DNA of 64,000 nucleotides from Rubripirellula sp. (GCA_965216875.1 OZ244207.1:4256001-4320000); one strand, 5' to 3'. Counted from the first letter of the stretch, positions 29,533-39,584 are shown. Notes: generated by a model not told the origin, from the letters alone. Numbers and translations are program-made.

Positions 29533-29853
29533 ATGGCACTCACCGAAGAGACGGTCCGCGAAGCACTCAAACAAGTCATTGACCCCGAACTTTACGTCAA
29601 TATCGTCGACCTTGGTCTGATCTACGTGGTCGAGATCGAAGACGAAAATGACGAGGGCACGCACGACATCAACATCGAAATGACGATGACCAGCCCGATG
29701 TGCCCCGCTGGCCCCCAGCTCGTCTCGGGCTCGAAAGCGGCCGCCGAGGGGCTCGAAGAAGTGCGCAACTGCGAAGTCAAAGTGGTGATGGAACCACAAT
29801 GGACACCCGATAAAATGACCGACGAGGCCCGGGACCATCTCGGGATCTTTTGA
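29533..29853 (+). CDS. DUF59 / SufT-like metal-sulfur cluster assembly factor
   Basis: VIDPELYVNIVDLGLIY, MTMTSPMCP, PQWTP. Confidence 0.93.
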   Translation: MALTEETVREALKQVIDPELYVNIVDLGLIYVVEIEDENDEGTHDINIEMTMTSPMCPAGPQLVSGSKAAAEGLEEVRNCEVKVVMEPQWTPDKMTDEARDHLGIF

Positions 29854-29877
29854 TCTCCCCTTTGAAGGGGCTTTTCC

Positions 29878-30891
29878 ATGCGAATCTTCGTCGGCGAATA
29901 CGTGTGTGGCGGCGGTCTGGCCGACACGCCCATCGATCAAATTCCCTCCAGCTTGCGCGAGGAGGGAACAGCGATGCTGCGTGCCATCGTCTCGGATCTT
30001 TCCGCAGTCGCCAGCACCGTCGTCCCGCTCGACTCACGTCTGGGACTTGATGTCGATGCGACCGAGTCATTCCAGGTCGATTCAACGCAACCGCTCTGGC
30101 CCCAGTGGATCGCGGCCGCACAAAGTTGCGACTCCGCTTTGATCGTCGCTCCGGAAAGCGATGGCATCCTTGCCAAGGCTGCCGCAATGTTGCGAGCAAG
30201 CGGCGTCGAAGTGATCGCTGGCAGCGGTGACTTCTTGCGTGTCGCCAGCGACAAACTGCAAACCGCAAAGTTGCTTAATGCGTCGAGTGTCGCGCATCCG
30301 CCCTACATGGCATTGTCCGATCGGCGGATGGAGTCACAGCTCCGCGGATTCAAAAAGTTCGTCGTCAAACCTCGCGATGGTTGCGGCACCGAACAAATCC
30401 ACACATTTGATTCGTTCGAAGCAGCTGTCGAGGAACTCACCGACCGAACGCTCCTGCAAGCATGGATGCCGGGTCAACCCGTTTCCATTGCCGTTGTCAC
30501 GTCAGAAACACAGCAAACGTTCTTGCCAGCGGTGCGTCAGATCATCTCCGACTCCGACTGCCATTACGCTGGCGGCTGCGGTCCACTCGACGACGAATCA
30601 CAGCGACGCGCGACCGCGCTTGCGTCGCGAGCAATCATGGCAATGCCGCCAACGGCGCGCGGCTTTGTCGGCCTCGACTTGCTGCTTGGCGATCGAGCAA
30701 GCGAGGACTACGTTATCGAGATCAATCCGCGGCTCACAACCTCCTACGTCGGCCTTCGGAAAATGATCCACGGCAACCTTGCCGCGCGACTTTTCGACCT
30801 CGAAACGGGCCCCGTCTCTTGTAGTGCGTCGGTGGAATCGATTCGCTGGACACCGGACGGCCAAGTCATGGACGCGGCTGGGATCGAGTGA
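29878..30891 (+). CDS. ATP-grasp enzyme, MfnD-like (tyramine-glutamate ligase family, methanofuran/C1-transfer linked)
   Basis: EYVCGGG...EGTAML, IVAPESDG, KPRDGCG, VIEINPRLTTSYVGL. Confidence 0.8.
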   Translation: MRIFVGEYVCGGGLADTPIDQIPSSLREEGTAMLRAIVSDLSAVASTVVPLDSRLGLDVDATESFQVDSTQPLWPQWIAAAQSCDSALIVAPESDGILAKAAAMLRASGVEVIAGSGDFLRVASDKLQTAKLLNASSVAHPPYMALSDRRMESQLRGFKKFVVKPRDGCGTEQIHTFDSFEAAVEELTDRTLLQAWMPGQPVSIAVVTSETQQTFLPAVRQIISDSDCHYAGGCGPLDDESQRRATALASRAIMAMPPTARGFVGLDLLLGDRASEDYVIEINPRLTTSYVGLRKMIHGNLAARLFDLETGPVSCSASVESIRWTPDGQVMDAAGIE

Positions 30892-31916
30892 GCGACGACA
30901 CAGGTTTCGACATCGTTGGCGTCGACATCGGCGGCGCAAACTTGAAGTACGCGAGTGCAAGCGGGAAAAAAACCTTCTCGCGCCACTTCGCGATGTGGCG
31001 CACGCCCGACCAACTCGCCGAAACACTCGCGCACGATTTGCAAACCCATTTCTCGGGGCTCCGCCGCCTGGTGGTGACGATGACCGGTGAACTGGCCGAT
31101 TGTTTCGTCGATCGTGCCGAGGGGGTTTCGTCGATCGTCACCCATGTCCAGCAGGCCGCAGCAAAGCTGAACCTTCCCGAAACAAGCTATTACGGCGTCG
31201 ATGGTTCGTTTCACAGTGCGGATGAAGCCGCAGAGCAAGTGGATGTGATCGCAGCGGCCAATTGGCACGCGACGGCAAGCTTTGTCGCCCGCCAAATCGC
31301 CCCTTCCTGCACGCTGATCGACATCGGTTCAACCACCACCGACATCATTCCCATCACCGATGGCAAGGTCGCGACGACGGCCAAGACCGATTTCGATCGT
31401 TTGCAATCCGCGCAATTGGTTTACATCGGTTGTCGCCGCACTCCCGTTTGTGCCTTGGTCGATCAATTGACGTTTCGCGGTCAGTCGATCGGAGTCATGA
31501 ATGAGCTGTTTGCAACCATCGACGACGCCCGGCTCGTCCTTGGCCTCCAGCAACCACGCCCCGATGATACCGACAGTGCCGATGGGAAACCTCGCTCTGT
31601 CGCCATGGCTGCGAATCGGTTGGCACGGATGATCGGACTTGATCGGCGCGACATAAGCATTGATGACGCGCAAGAACTGGCCAATCAAGTGATCAAACCG
31701 GCGCGGCAACGAATCGCCGATGCGTTGACGGTCAATCATCAACCGGGCACGCAACTTGTTGTCGGTGGACACGGCGGCGACTTGCTTGCCTTCGATGCCG
31801 CCGAAGTGGTTTCACTTCCCGATCAGCTCGGCGTGGAGGTTTCAAGGTGCGCGCCATCGTTTGCGATTGCACGCCTGGCTGCTTTGCTGGGTGAAGAAGG
31901 GGACCACCGTTTGTAG
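30888..31916 (+). CDS. Hydantoinase/oxoprolinase-like H4MPT-linked C1-transfer protein (MfnF-like)
   Basis: GVDIGGANLK, TMTGELADCF, AAANWHA, DIGSTTTDIIP, RLARMIGLD; overlaps the upstream stop. Confidence 0.85.
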   Translation: MSDDTGFDIVGVDIGGANLKYASASGKKTFSRHFAMWRTPDQLAETLAHDLQTHFSGLRRLVVTMTGELADCFVDRAEGVSSIVTHVQQAAAKLNLPETSYYGVDGSFHSADEAAEQVDVIAAANWHATASFVARQIAPSCTLIDIGSTTTDIIPITDGKVATTAKTDFDRLQSAQLVYIGCRRTPVCALVDQLTFRGQSIGVMNELFATIDDARLVLGLQQPRPDDTDSADGKPRSVAMAANRLARMIGLDRRDISIDDAQELANQVIKPARQRIADALTVNHQPGTQLVVGGHGGDLLAFDAAEVVSLPDQLGVEVSRCAPSFAIARLAALLGEEGDHRL

Positions 31917-32024
31917 TCCCGCCTTTAGGCGGAACAGGAGAAGATTCCGGCTAAAGCTCGGTACTACAAACCGATGTCGCTCTAAAACGATTCTTCATTC
32001 GTGTGATCCGTTCTATTCGTGGTT
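31913..32024. repeat. REP doublet (31913-31967) plus a CATTCGTG-type unit
   Basis: gtagtcccgcctttaggcgg...ccggctaaagctcggtactac; cattcgtgtgat...ttcgtggttt also at about 32860 and 53790. Confidence 0.8.
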
Positions 32025-32055
32025 TCCTCGGTGCCGAACCACACCGAGAAACCAC

Positions 32056-32592
32056 CTAGGGGCACGGTCCGTTTTCGCAACACGCGCCCACACCACACAT
32101 CAGCATCGTGGATGCAACATTTCCGATGCAAAGCAACGCAGCGAAAAAGAACGCAAACTTCTCAAACCGCGACGGCGCGCGTGATTCACCTTCGGGCTCT
32201 TGTTTCGTCACAAACAGGAAGATGGCCGATCCGAGAATGCTGGCCACGAAGATCAGGACTCCCCACGTGTACAAGTGCATGCCCATAAATGGCGTGCCAT
32301 AACCAAGTGGCTCGCCCGGTTCCGGCGAAATGTGCAACAACACTTGCCGCACCGAGTAGCCGCACCCGACCACGGCGGCAACGATCACCGCCGCAAAATG
32401 CTTAGCGGAAAAACCAAAGAAGGTATTCAAACTCAATCCGACGGCAACACCGATCATTCCCATTCGTTGCAACAAACATAGCGGACAGGGATCTTCGCCG
32501 AGACCGTACTGGAAGTAAAAGGCTCCCGACAAAATGCTGCACATCGCAAGCACGCAACAACTGTTCGCATCGTAGAGGCGTTGATGATTCAT
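32056..32592 (-). CDS. DsbB-family disulfide bond formation protein
   Basis: PCPLCLLQR, RQVLLHI, GYGTPFMGMHLYTW; multiple TM helices. Confidence 0.88.
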   Translation of the reverse strand: MNHQRLYDANSCCVLAMCSILSGAFYFQYGLGEDPCPLCLLQRMGMIGVAVGLSLNTFFGFSAKHFAAVIVAAVVGCGYSVRQVLLHISPEPGEPLGYGTPFMGMHLYTWGVLIFVASILGSAIFLFVTKQEPEGESRAPSRFEKFAFFFAALLCIGNVASTMLMCGVGACCENGPCP

Positions 32593-32593
32593 G

Positions 32594-32746
32594 CTAGAAA
32601 TTCAGCCCAAGCGACGAGTCCGCGTGATAGAAGTACATCGCAACGCTACTGGCGACAGCAACAGCGAGACTGACGAAGGCGGCGTTCTTTTTTCGAGCAT
32701 GGACGAACCAAAACGCCAATGCATAAATCAGAAACAGAAGTGACAT
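32594..32746 (-). CDS. 50-aa membrane protein upstream of the DsbB-family gene (DUF5993-like), absent from the ORF track
   Basis: MSLLFLIYALAFWFVHARKKNAAFVSLAVAVASSVAMYFYHADSSLGLNF; RBS gagga; stop 1 nt before the next ATG. Confidence 0.8.
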   Translation of the reverse strand: MSLLFLIYALAFWFVHARKKNAAFVSLAVAVASSVAMYFYHADSSLGLNF

Positions 32747-32905
32747 TGAATCCTCGTGACACAGGGTGTGTGCCCATGTTAGTCAGACTTCACTGGCTTG
32801 GTATGTGAAGAAGCGAACCACGAATCACACGAATTGAACGAATGAAGAAACGAGGCTCTACATTCGTGTGATTCGTGGTTCCCCGCTTGTTGAGATCGCC
32901 GGTGT

Positions 32906-33850
32906 CTACTCGCCACCGCGAGCCTGCTCGACTTCCGCAGGGATTTCGCGGCCGTCCATGGGGACAAACGTCAAGACGCGACGCGGCGGTTCACAAACCG
33001 CTGAGTCAGAATGTGTTGCCTGCCAATGGAGGTTTCCGGGCCCTTGGACGGTGTCGCCATCTTTGATCACCTCGCCGTTTTGAACGACGTAGAGCGAGAC
33101 GTTGCGTAGAAAGTGATCGACCTCATTGAAGTCGTACGACTCGGCGTGAAAGATTGCCTCCATATCTCGAACATCGAATTGACTATTGCCAACGGTGTCC
33201 ATCAAGGTCCACTGGGGGTTCACGTTGAAAAACCGAATGTTGGACCAAACATCGAGCGGTGGGATTTCGTTTCTTAGCCCATGTTCAAGACTGTCGGTCA
33301 AGTCGTCATGGGAGCGCAAGATTTCGCCATTCGGATTGAAGTAGCAAAGCGCCTCGGGCAATTCGAGAAGCGACGCGACCACGGCCGTTGCAAAATGCAA
33401 TTCCGGCAGTGCCTCGTAGTCCTTTGGCATCACTGGTTCGTCGTCGCTTGCACCAAATGCGTAGCTGGAACGCACGCGAATGAAGGCACGATGCGATTCG
33501 GCGATCGTGCGTCCTGGTTCCCAAGCCCAACAGTGTTGCGACGCCCGCGCAAGACCACCAGGAAAGGTGTAGGGACCAAAGTTGCCAAACGACCACGCAG
33601 CGAACAATTCGGGTTCCTCCGGACTGCCCATAGGGTCCGGCCAAGTCTGGTCGACAATATCGACGGCCACCAGACCATTCGATTCAATGTCGTAGGCAAG
33701 GATCAAACAGGGGCCACTAAAGAACCAGTTTTCGTTTTCGTCGATCCGCTTACAGATCTCGAACTCACTCAGGACCGCTGCGATCTGGTCAAGATCGACG
33801 GCATCTTTCAAAAGCACGCACAAACCTTGCGTGTACATTCCCTTCGGCAT
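32906..33850 (-). CDS. DUF4261-like domain protein
   Basis: C-terminal MDTVGNSQFDVRDME...YVVQNGEVIKDGDTV. Confidence 0.75.
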   Translation of the reverse strand: MPKGMYTQGLCVLLKDAVDLDQIAAVLSEFEICKRIDENENWFFSGPCLILAYDIESNGLVAVDIVDQTWPDPMGSPEEPELFAAWSFGNFGPYTFPGGLARASQHCWAWEPGRTIAESHRAFIRVRSSYAFGASDDEPVMPKDYEALPELHFATAVVASLLELPEALCYFNPNGEILRSHDDLTDSLEHGLRNEIPPLDVWSNIRFFNVNPQWTLMDTVGNSQFDVRDMEAIFHAESYDFNEVDHFLRNVSLYVVQNGEVIKDGDTVQGPGNLHWQATHSDSAVCEPPRRVLTFVPMDGREIPAEVEQARGGE

Positions 33851-33937
33851 GCTCGCTCAACTCCAATGGTGGAACAGGTTGGCAAGCAGTTTAACGCCAA
33901 CAGTCTGACTCGGCGCGAGGGAACGGATCGGAAAGCA

Positions 33938-34594
33938 TCAAGTTCGCGCCAATAGGTACGCCGCTTCCTCTACCTTGTCCAATCCCCTCGACGCCAAATC
34001 GACCACGTCCGACAAATCGGTCACACCGCCAAGTTGCGCGACGTTGAATTCATCGGCAAAGAGCCGAGCGACTTCGGAATCGTCGATCGAAAAAGGTGGA
34101 CCTTCCTTTTGGCTTTGATCGTAGATCAGCGTCACGAGAAGCATCTTGCCCTGGGGCGAAATCGCCTCAGCAAGCAACTTGGCATAGCGAGATCGCAAAT
34201 CGGGCGGCAGCGCAACCGTTGCAGCTCGGTCGTAAACGGCATCGATCGTCGGATGCGACGCGGATCGCATCTCGAAAATGTCACCACCGTAGAGCGTGAT
34301 CTGATCGCCGGAATAGACGTGATACGGGCCTTGCTGCGAAACGGTGTGGTGGATGTCATGTTCCGACAAAAAAACCTCGATCGCATCACGACTGAGCTCA
34401 AAGCCGACCACGTGGTGACCTTGATCGCGCAGCCACATCATATCGATCGAACTTCCACAAAGGGGGACCAGGACGTTGGCCGAACGATCCAACCCAAGTA
34501 GCCCCCAACACTCGCGTAGTTTTTCGTTGGCTTCGGATTGCTGCCAACCCGTGTCACCGGTCGCCCAAGCCTTATGCCAAAATTCAGGTTCCAT
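33938..34594 (-). CDS. tpm: Thiopurine S-methyltransferase
   Basis: FWHKAW, VLVPLCGSSIDM, YDRAA, GPPFSI. Confidence 0.92.
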   Translation of the reverse strand: MEPEFWHKAWATGDTGWQQSEANEKLRECWGLLGLDRSANVLVPLCGSSIDMMWLRDQGHHVVGFELSRDAIEVFLSEHDIHHTVSQQGPYHVYSGDQITLYGGDIFEMRSASHPTIDAVYDRAATVALPPDLRSRYAKLLAEAISPQGKMLLVTLIYDQSQKEGPPFSIDDSEVARLFADEFNVAQLGGVTDLSDVVDLASRGLDKVEEAAYLLART

Positions 34595-34768
34595 TGCCGT
34601 TTCGTCGCGTTGTCATGATAAGAGAAATAGATTGTCAGTTGCCGGACAGCATACAGACTGTCATTACGAATTCGCGTTGGCAAAGCCACAGAGGACACGG
34701 CGCACTTCGGGAACACCGGACCATGCCCTTGGAAATCGCAACGCCATCTCCACCCGTCGACAGAATCG

Positions 34769-35251
34769 TCAGCGTGGTGATTTTGACCCGTTCGTCGGGA
34801 CGCTCGATTCGTGTCGCGCTGACACTTCCGCCGCAGGGATGGTCAAACGCTTTGCATCCGCAGGGTGAATCATCGTCACCAGAACACGACACACTCGCTT
34901 GTCGCTTGGATTGCGCGCGACGCGGTGCAGGATCATGGTCGGTTCAAAGAACGAGTCACCCGCTTTGAGTGTTCGCAATGGCCGATCGCCAATTTGGAAC
35001 TCAAGCGTTCCTTCAAGGACGTAACCGGTAACCGGACCGGGATGATGGTGGGGCGGACTTTCCGCACCTGGCGGCAAAGTCACTTCGATCAACGATGCCT
35101 TGGCTGGTTTGCCGCCAAGGACCGCGTCGATCGTATCCGAGCGGATCATCCTCACACTCACCGCGTTCGGATGGTCCGTCTCCTCAGCATGGGAGCAGAA
35201 CACGAGACACATTCCGAGCGGAACGCCGAGCAAGATTCGAAAAAGAGACAT
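34769..35251 (-). CDS. Secreted cupin-domain protein
   Basis: Signal peptide; PPHHHPG...YVLEG, FFEP..LH. Confidence 0.88.
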   Translation of the reverse strand: MSLFRILLGVPLGMCLVFCSHAEETDHPNAVSVRMIRSDTIDAVLGGKPAKASLIEVTLPPGAESPPHHHPGPVTGYVLEGTLEFQIGDRPLRTLKAGDSFFEPTMILHRVARNPSDKRVCRVLVTMIHPADAKRLTIPAAEVSARHESSVPTNGSKSPR

Positions 35252-35289
35252 GTCTTTCCTTCGGGTTGAATGGCCGTTTGATGTTCCGA

Positions 35290-35784
35290 TCACGCGACGG
35301 CAGCGGACTCGGGGTGGAACGCTTTCAAGATGTGGTCGACGTATTGGTGGTCGGTGTGGAACGAAACAGCCAATCGATTCCAGTTATTGATCATTGCAAC
35401 GGCAAGCGTCAGCCGGCTCAAACCGTCTTGCCCGAAGACCGCCTCGCTTTCGCGGTAGAGCTCGTCGCCAACGCGTTTGGTGCCGGCCAGTTGCGTGACC
35501 GCTTCCGCCCAGCGTAGGGCCGCCGCCTCTTTGTCGGAAAAACACCTCGCTTCGGGCCAAACCGCGACCATGTCGATCCGCTCGTTCGACTCGCCCAGCA
35601 GTCGCAATCGACGCGTGTGAAGGAGAACACAAAACGAACAACCGTTGACTTGAGAGACGCGTAGCTTGACGAGTTCGAGCATGATTTTGTCGAGCCCATA
35701 GCCTTCGATGCAGGTCTCGATCTGGTTGAAGTGTTCGATTTCGCTTCGCAAAAACTGAAAGTAATTGGCTCTTTGTCCGGCCAT
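35290..35784 (-). CDS. Carboxymuconolactone decarboxylase / AhpD family protein
   Basis: LRVSQVNGCSFCVLLH, AALRWAEAVT, INNWNRL. Confidence 0.92.
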   Translation of the reverse strand: MAGQRANYFQFLRSEIEHFNQIETCIEGYGLDKIMLELVKLRVSQVNGCSFCVLLHTRRLRLLGESNERIDMVAVWPEARCFSDKEAAALRWAEAVTQLAGTKRVGDELYRESEAVFGQDGLSRLTLAVAMINNWNRLAVSFHTDHQYVDHILKAFHPESAAVA

Positions 35785-35842
35785 GAATCTTGTCCTTCTG
35801 TTGAATCTAACGTGAAACGACCAAGCCAATCGTAGTAAACTA

Positions 35843-37420
35843 GTGGCCCTTCACTGGGACCACTCTTCGCCAATTCGACAGAGCCACTTTTTGCGCCCCA
35901 AAAAGGAAGACCAACGCTTCGAGTTCGAGACGCTTCGCATCGAAAGTGATCGGTCAGAGCATCAGTACCAACAACTCGAAAATCAGCTGCGCGATGCGAT
36001 TGCATCGGGCAAGATCGCTGGCGGCTCGCGCGTCCCGTCATCGCGGGCGCTCGCCAAACAGCTTGGCATTTCGCGAAACACCGTCCTTTCGGCCTACCAG
36101 CAACTGATTTCAGAAGGTTACCTGCAATCACAACACGGCTCGGGGACACGAGTTTCCGAATTGCCGCCCGAAACGTTCGTCTCCGTATCCAACGCAACCG
36201 GTCGGTCGAAGACGCGAGACCTTCAAAAGACCAAGACCAAGCGTTCACCGCTGGTCGCTGATTTCTCGCGTCGACTTTCGGCAAACGGAAAACGGTATGC
36301 CGAGTATGCAAAGTGGGTGACCAGCACTGCGGGCAAACCCGTTCCGTTTCGCCCCCACATCCCCTCGCTTGATCAGTTCCCACTAGCGACATGGAACCGT
36401 TTGCAGAACGACCTTGCACGCTGGTCCACGACGACGTTCGAAAACGCGGACCCTCAAGGCTACCTGCCACTTCGACAATCGATCGCCGAATACATGGCTG
36501 TCTCGCGAGGCGTGCAGTGCACCGAGCAACAAGTGGTGATCACCGCGGGCGCCCAGCAAGGAATTCAATTACTCAGCCAAACACTCCTTGAACCTGGCGA
36601 CACGGTCTGGGTCGAACAACCTGGCAACGCTCCGGCAAACCAAATCCTTTCGCTGATGGGGCAACGCGTCGAAGGTGTGAGGGTTGATTCACAAGGCATC
36701 GAGATCGCCGACGCGATCGAACGCCAACTCAAGACGCCAAAACTGATCTACGTGACACCGAGTTGTCAGTGGCCACTTTCGGTCACGATGTCGCTCAGTC
36801 GACGACTTGAACTGATTCAGCAGGCGCAAACGTCTGGAAGCTGGATCGTTGAAGACGACTACAACGGGGAATACCGTTTTTCGGGACGGCCACAACCGGC
36901 GCTATGTAGTCTCGATCAGAGCGGACAAACGATCTACATGGGAACGTTTTCGAAAATGTTGTTCCCAGCCATTCGGCTCGGTTTCTTGGTCGTTCCCGAA
37001 CAGATCGCTGGACCACTTTCGGCCGCGCGTTGGTTGATGGATCGTTTTTCGCCGCCTCTACAGCAGATGACGCTGCATCGGTTCATCGAATCGGGTCACT
37101 TCCTCAAACACGTTCGGCAGATGCGTTCGCTCTATCGCGACCGCCAAGGTTTCCTAGCGGATCTCCTCGAGAAGCGATTTGGGGACGCCATCAATGTGGT
37201 CCGTCCTGACTCGGGGATGCATCTGGTCGTCTACGGACGCAACAAATCGACTGAAAAGCGGCTCTGCTCGGCCGCGATTGCGGCCGGTGTGCATCACCAC
37301 ACCGTGCAAATGTACGCTTCAGGCGATGCTGATTTCCGAGGCATCATTCTCGGCTTCGCCCCTTTCGACACTTCGACGACGCGGCGAGCCGTCAACGCTT
37401 GGGCGAGACGGTTTTCGTAG
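35843..37420 (+). CDS. MocR/GabR family regulator (GntR HTH + PLP aminotransferase domain)
   Basis: PSSRALAKQLGISRNTV, YVTPS, IVEDDY, GTFSKMLFPAIRLG; start uncertain. Confidence 0.93.
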   Translation: MALHWDHSSPIRQSHFLRPKKEDQRFEFETLRIESDRSEHQYQQLENQLRDAIASGKIAGGSRVPSSRALAKQLGISRNTVLSAYQQLISEGYLQSQHGSGTRVSELPPETFVSVSNATGRSKTRDLQKTKTKRSPLVADFSRRLSANGKRYAEYAKWVTSTAGKPVPFRPHIPSLDQFPLATWNRLQNDLARWSTTTFENADPQGYLPLRQSIAEYMAVSRGVQCTEQQVVITAGAQQGIQLLSQTLLEPGDTVWVEQPGNAPANQILSLMGQRVEGVRVDSQGIEIADAIERQLKTPKLIYVTPSCQWPLSVTMSLSRRLELIQQAQTSGSWIVEDDYNGEYRFSGRPQPALCSLDQSGQTIYMGTFSKMLFPAIRLGFLVVPEQIAGPLSAARWLMDRFSPPLQQMTLHRFIESGHFLKHVRQMRSLYRDRQGFLADLLEKRFGDAINVVRPDSGMHLVVYGRNKSTEKRLCSAAIAAGVHHHTVQMYASGDADFRGIILGFAPFDTSTTRRAVNAWARRFS

Positions 37421-37506
37421 TCCCGTCTGCGTCAAAGAGCGACACAAACCGGTTGTGCCCGACGAACGTGTTCCGGTTAAACTGAGTCCGTCCCCCGTAA
37501 CTTCGA

Positions 37507-39354
37507 ATGGATTTTCAGGTGTTCGCGTCGCTAAAAAATCGAACAGGCATCATCGTTTGCGTTTTGGTCGCCTTGGGTCTCACGTGCAAGACAACGTTGG
37601 GGGCGGACGACATTCCGGCCAATGCAAAACCGGGCGTCAAATACATCGGTAGCGAGAAGTGCATCGAATGTCACAAGGACGAGCACAAAAGCTATCTCGA
37701 CACCACTCATAGTGTCGCTGCCGAGATCACGGTCGCTGCAAACGAGCCCGACCCGGCCTCTTTCCAGGACAACTTCGCCGGCCACACCTACGAAGTGGAC
37801 ATTCGCAACAACGAAATGTTGCATCGCGAGCTGCTCCGTGGTCCCGATGGCCTTGAGCGTCACAAGACCGAACACGAAATCATCTTTTCGATCGGCTCTG
37901 GAGCGCACGGAAAAAGCTACCTCTATCGCGATGGCGATTTTTGGGCCCAGTCGCCGATTTCATGGTTCACCGAAACCGAAAAGTGGGGCATGTCCCCCGG
38001 CTACGACCGACCCTTGCACGTTTCGTTTCGCCGCAAAGTGGAACGCGGCTGCCTTTTTTGTCACGTCGGCGACATCGATCGAAAGGAAGAGAATCCATTC
38101 GTTTTCGATATCCGCGAAACAACCATCGGCTGCGAACGTTGCCACGGACCTGGTGAACTGCACGCCCAACGCTATCGCGAAAACCCAAAGGCGACCGGCC
38201 CCGACAATACGATCGTGAACCCCGCAAACTTATCACGTGACCTTTCCGAAGCGGTCTGCCAACAGTGCCATTTGCAAACGGCAGCGAAGGTCGAAGTGAC
38301 GGGCAAAGACGAATGGGATTTCCGGCCCGGTCTGCCACTGGCTGACTTTCGTGTCGATTACCAGTACCGACTTGGTGACGATTCAATGAAGATCGTCGGG
38401 CATGTCGAACAGATGCACCAAAGCGAATGTTACATCCAAACGGAATCCCTATCCTGCATCACTTGCCACAACCCTCACCAGGTCGCCAAGCCTGAACAAA
38501 AGTTGCTGCACTATCGAAAGATCTGCCTCGACTGTCACCAAGACTTGGACTGCGGCAAGCCTCATCAAGAACGTGTCCAGCTGACCAACAACAGTTGCTA
38601 CGAGTGTCACATGCCCAAGGCGGACACGAATGTTGTGCACGCAGCTTTTCATCATCATCGAATCGGAATCCACGACAAAAAGGCAAAGGCCGATCGTGAA
38701 GTGATTGCCGGGCTGTCGCCTGTTCTAAACATCGATCATCTATCGGAACAGGAACAAGCTCGCTGTGCAGCGCTGGCCAAGTACGAAGCGTTGCGTGCCG
38801 ATGCGGGACGCCCCGAGTTTTCGGAATACGGATTCGAAGCGGCCGCGGAGTTGATCCAACTCAAACAAGCGGGCGTTGACGATCCTCGGCTCAACGCGGT
38901 GTTGTCGTGGCTTGCCGCCGACCAAGGGCAAGCCGAGATCGCTGACAACTTGGCGGAGCATGTTCTGAAAATTGAGCCGCGACCGACGCGCGATCGAATT
39001 CAAGCCACCCGCTACTTGGCCAATCGCGCTTTCAAGAAAGGGGAGCGACAAGCCGCCGTCGAGCTCTATCGAAAGCTCGCCTCCTATCGCCGAGACGCGC
39101 AGGATGTCTACTTCCTTGGCCTTTGCGAAAACAACGCCGGCAACGCGGAAAAGTCCATTGAGGCTCTGAAGCGTTCGCTCGAAATCGATCCCTCACAAGA
39201 CGCCGCCCATCGCGCACTGCAAGCGATCTACGGCGCGATCGGAAAGAACCAGGAGGCGGAATACCACGCCCGCCGCGCCGCTGAAAACCAAGCCTTGAGC
39301 GACCGATTGCAGGCACAGGCAGTGGAGATGATGGAGCGAGAGAAATCGAAGTAG
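37507..39354 (+). CDS. Multiheme cytochrome c with C-terminal TPR-like region
   Basis: Seven CxxCH motifs (CIECH, CLFCH, CERCH, CQQCH, CITCH, CLDCH, CYECH); signal peptide. Confidence 0.9.
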   Translation: MDFQVFASLKNRTGIIVCVLVALGLTCKTTLGADDIPANAKPGVKYIGSEKCIECHKDEHKSYLDTTHSVAAEITVAANEPDPASFQDNFAGHTYEVDIRNNEMLHRELLRGPDGLERHKTEHEIIFSIGSGAHGKSYLYRDGDFWAQSPISWFTETEKWGMSPGYDRPLHVSFRRKVERGCLFCHVGDIDRKEENPFVFDIRETTIGCERCHGPGELHAQRYRENPKATGPDNTIVNPANLSRDLSEAVCQQCHLQTAAKVEVTGKDEWDFRPGLPLADFRVDYQYRLGDDSMKIVGHVEQMHQSECYIQTESLSCITCHNPHQVAKPEQKLLHYRKICLDCHQDLDCGKPHQERVQLTNNSCYECHMPKADTNVVHAAFHHHRIGIHDKKAKADREVIAGLSPVLNIDHLSEQEQARCAALAKYEALRADAGRPEFSEYGFEAAAELIQLKQAGVDDPRLNAVLSWLAADQGQAEIADNLAEHVLKIEPRPTRDRIQATRYLANRAFKKGERQAAVELYRKLASYRRDAQDVYFLGLCENNAGNAEKSIEALKRSLEIDPSQDAAHRALQAIYGAIGKNQEAEYHARRAAENQALSDRLQAQAVEMMEREKSK

Positions 39355-39372
39355 CGTTAGCGTCGGCTGTTT

Positions 39373-39426
39373 GTAGTACCGCCTTTTGGCGGCGGGGACG
39401 AAGATTCCGGCTGAAGCCGGTACTAC
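39373..39426. repeat. REP doublet (GTAGTACC family)
   Basis: gtagtaccgccttttggcgg...ccggctgaagccggtactac. Confidence 0.85.
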
Positions 39427-39584
39427 GAACGAGAGGCACGTAAGATTCCGGCCAATGCTGGTACTGCGAACGGAATTGCCGGGGGCTGGAAGACGAGGGG
39501 CGGTAGTGCGTATTCTCTGTGGTGACGCTCAAGTTGTGAAAACGGGCGTTTTTGCTTCACTTTCATTCGCATGACGATTCGAGC

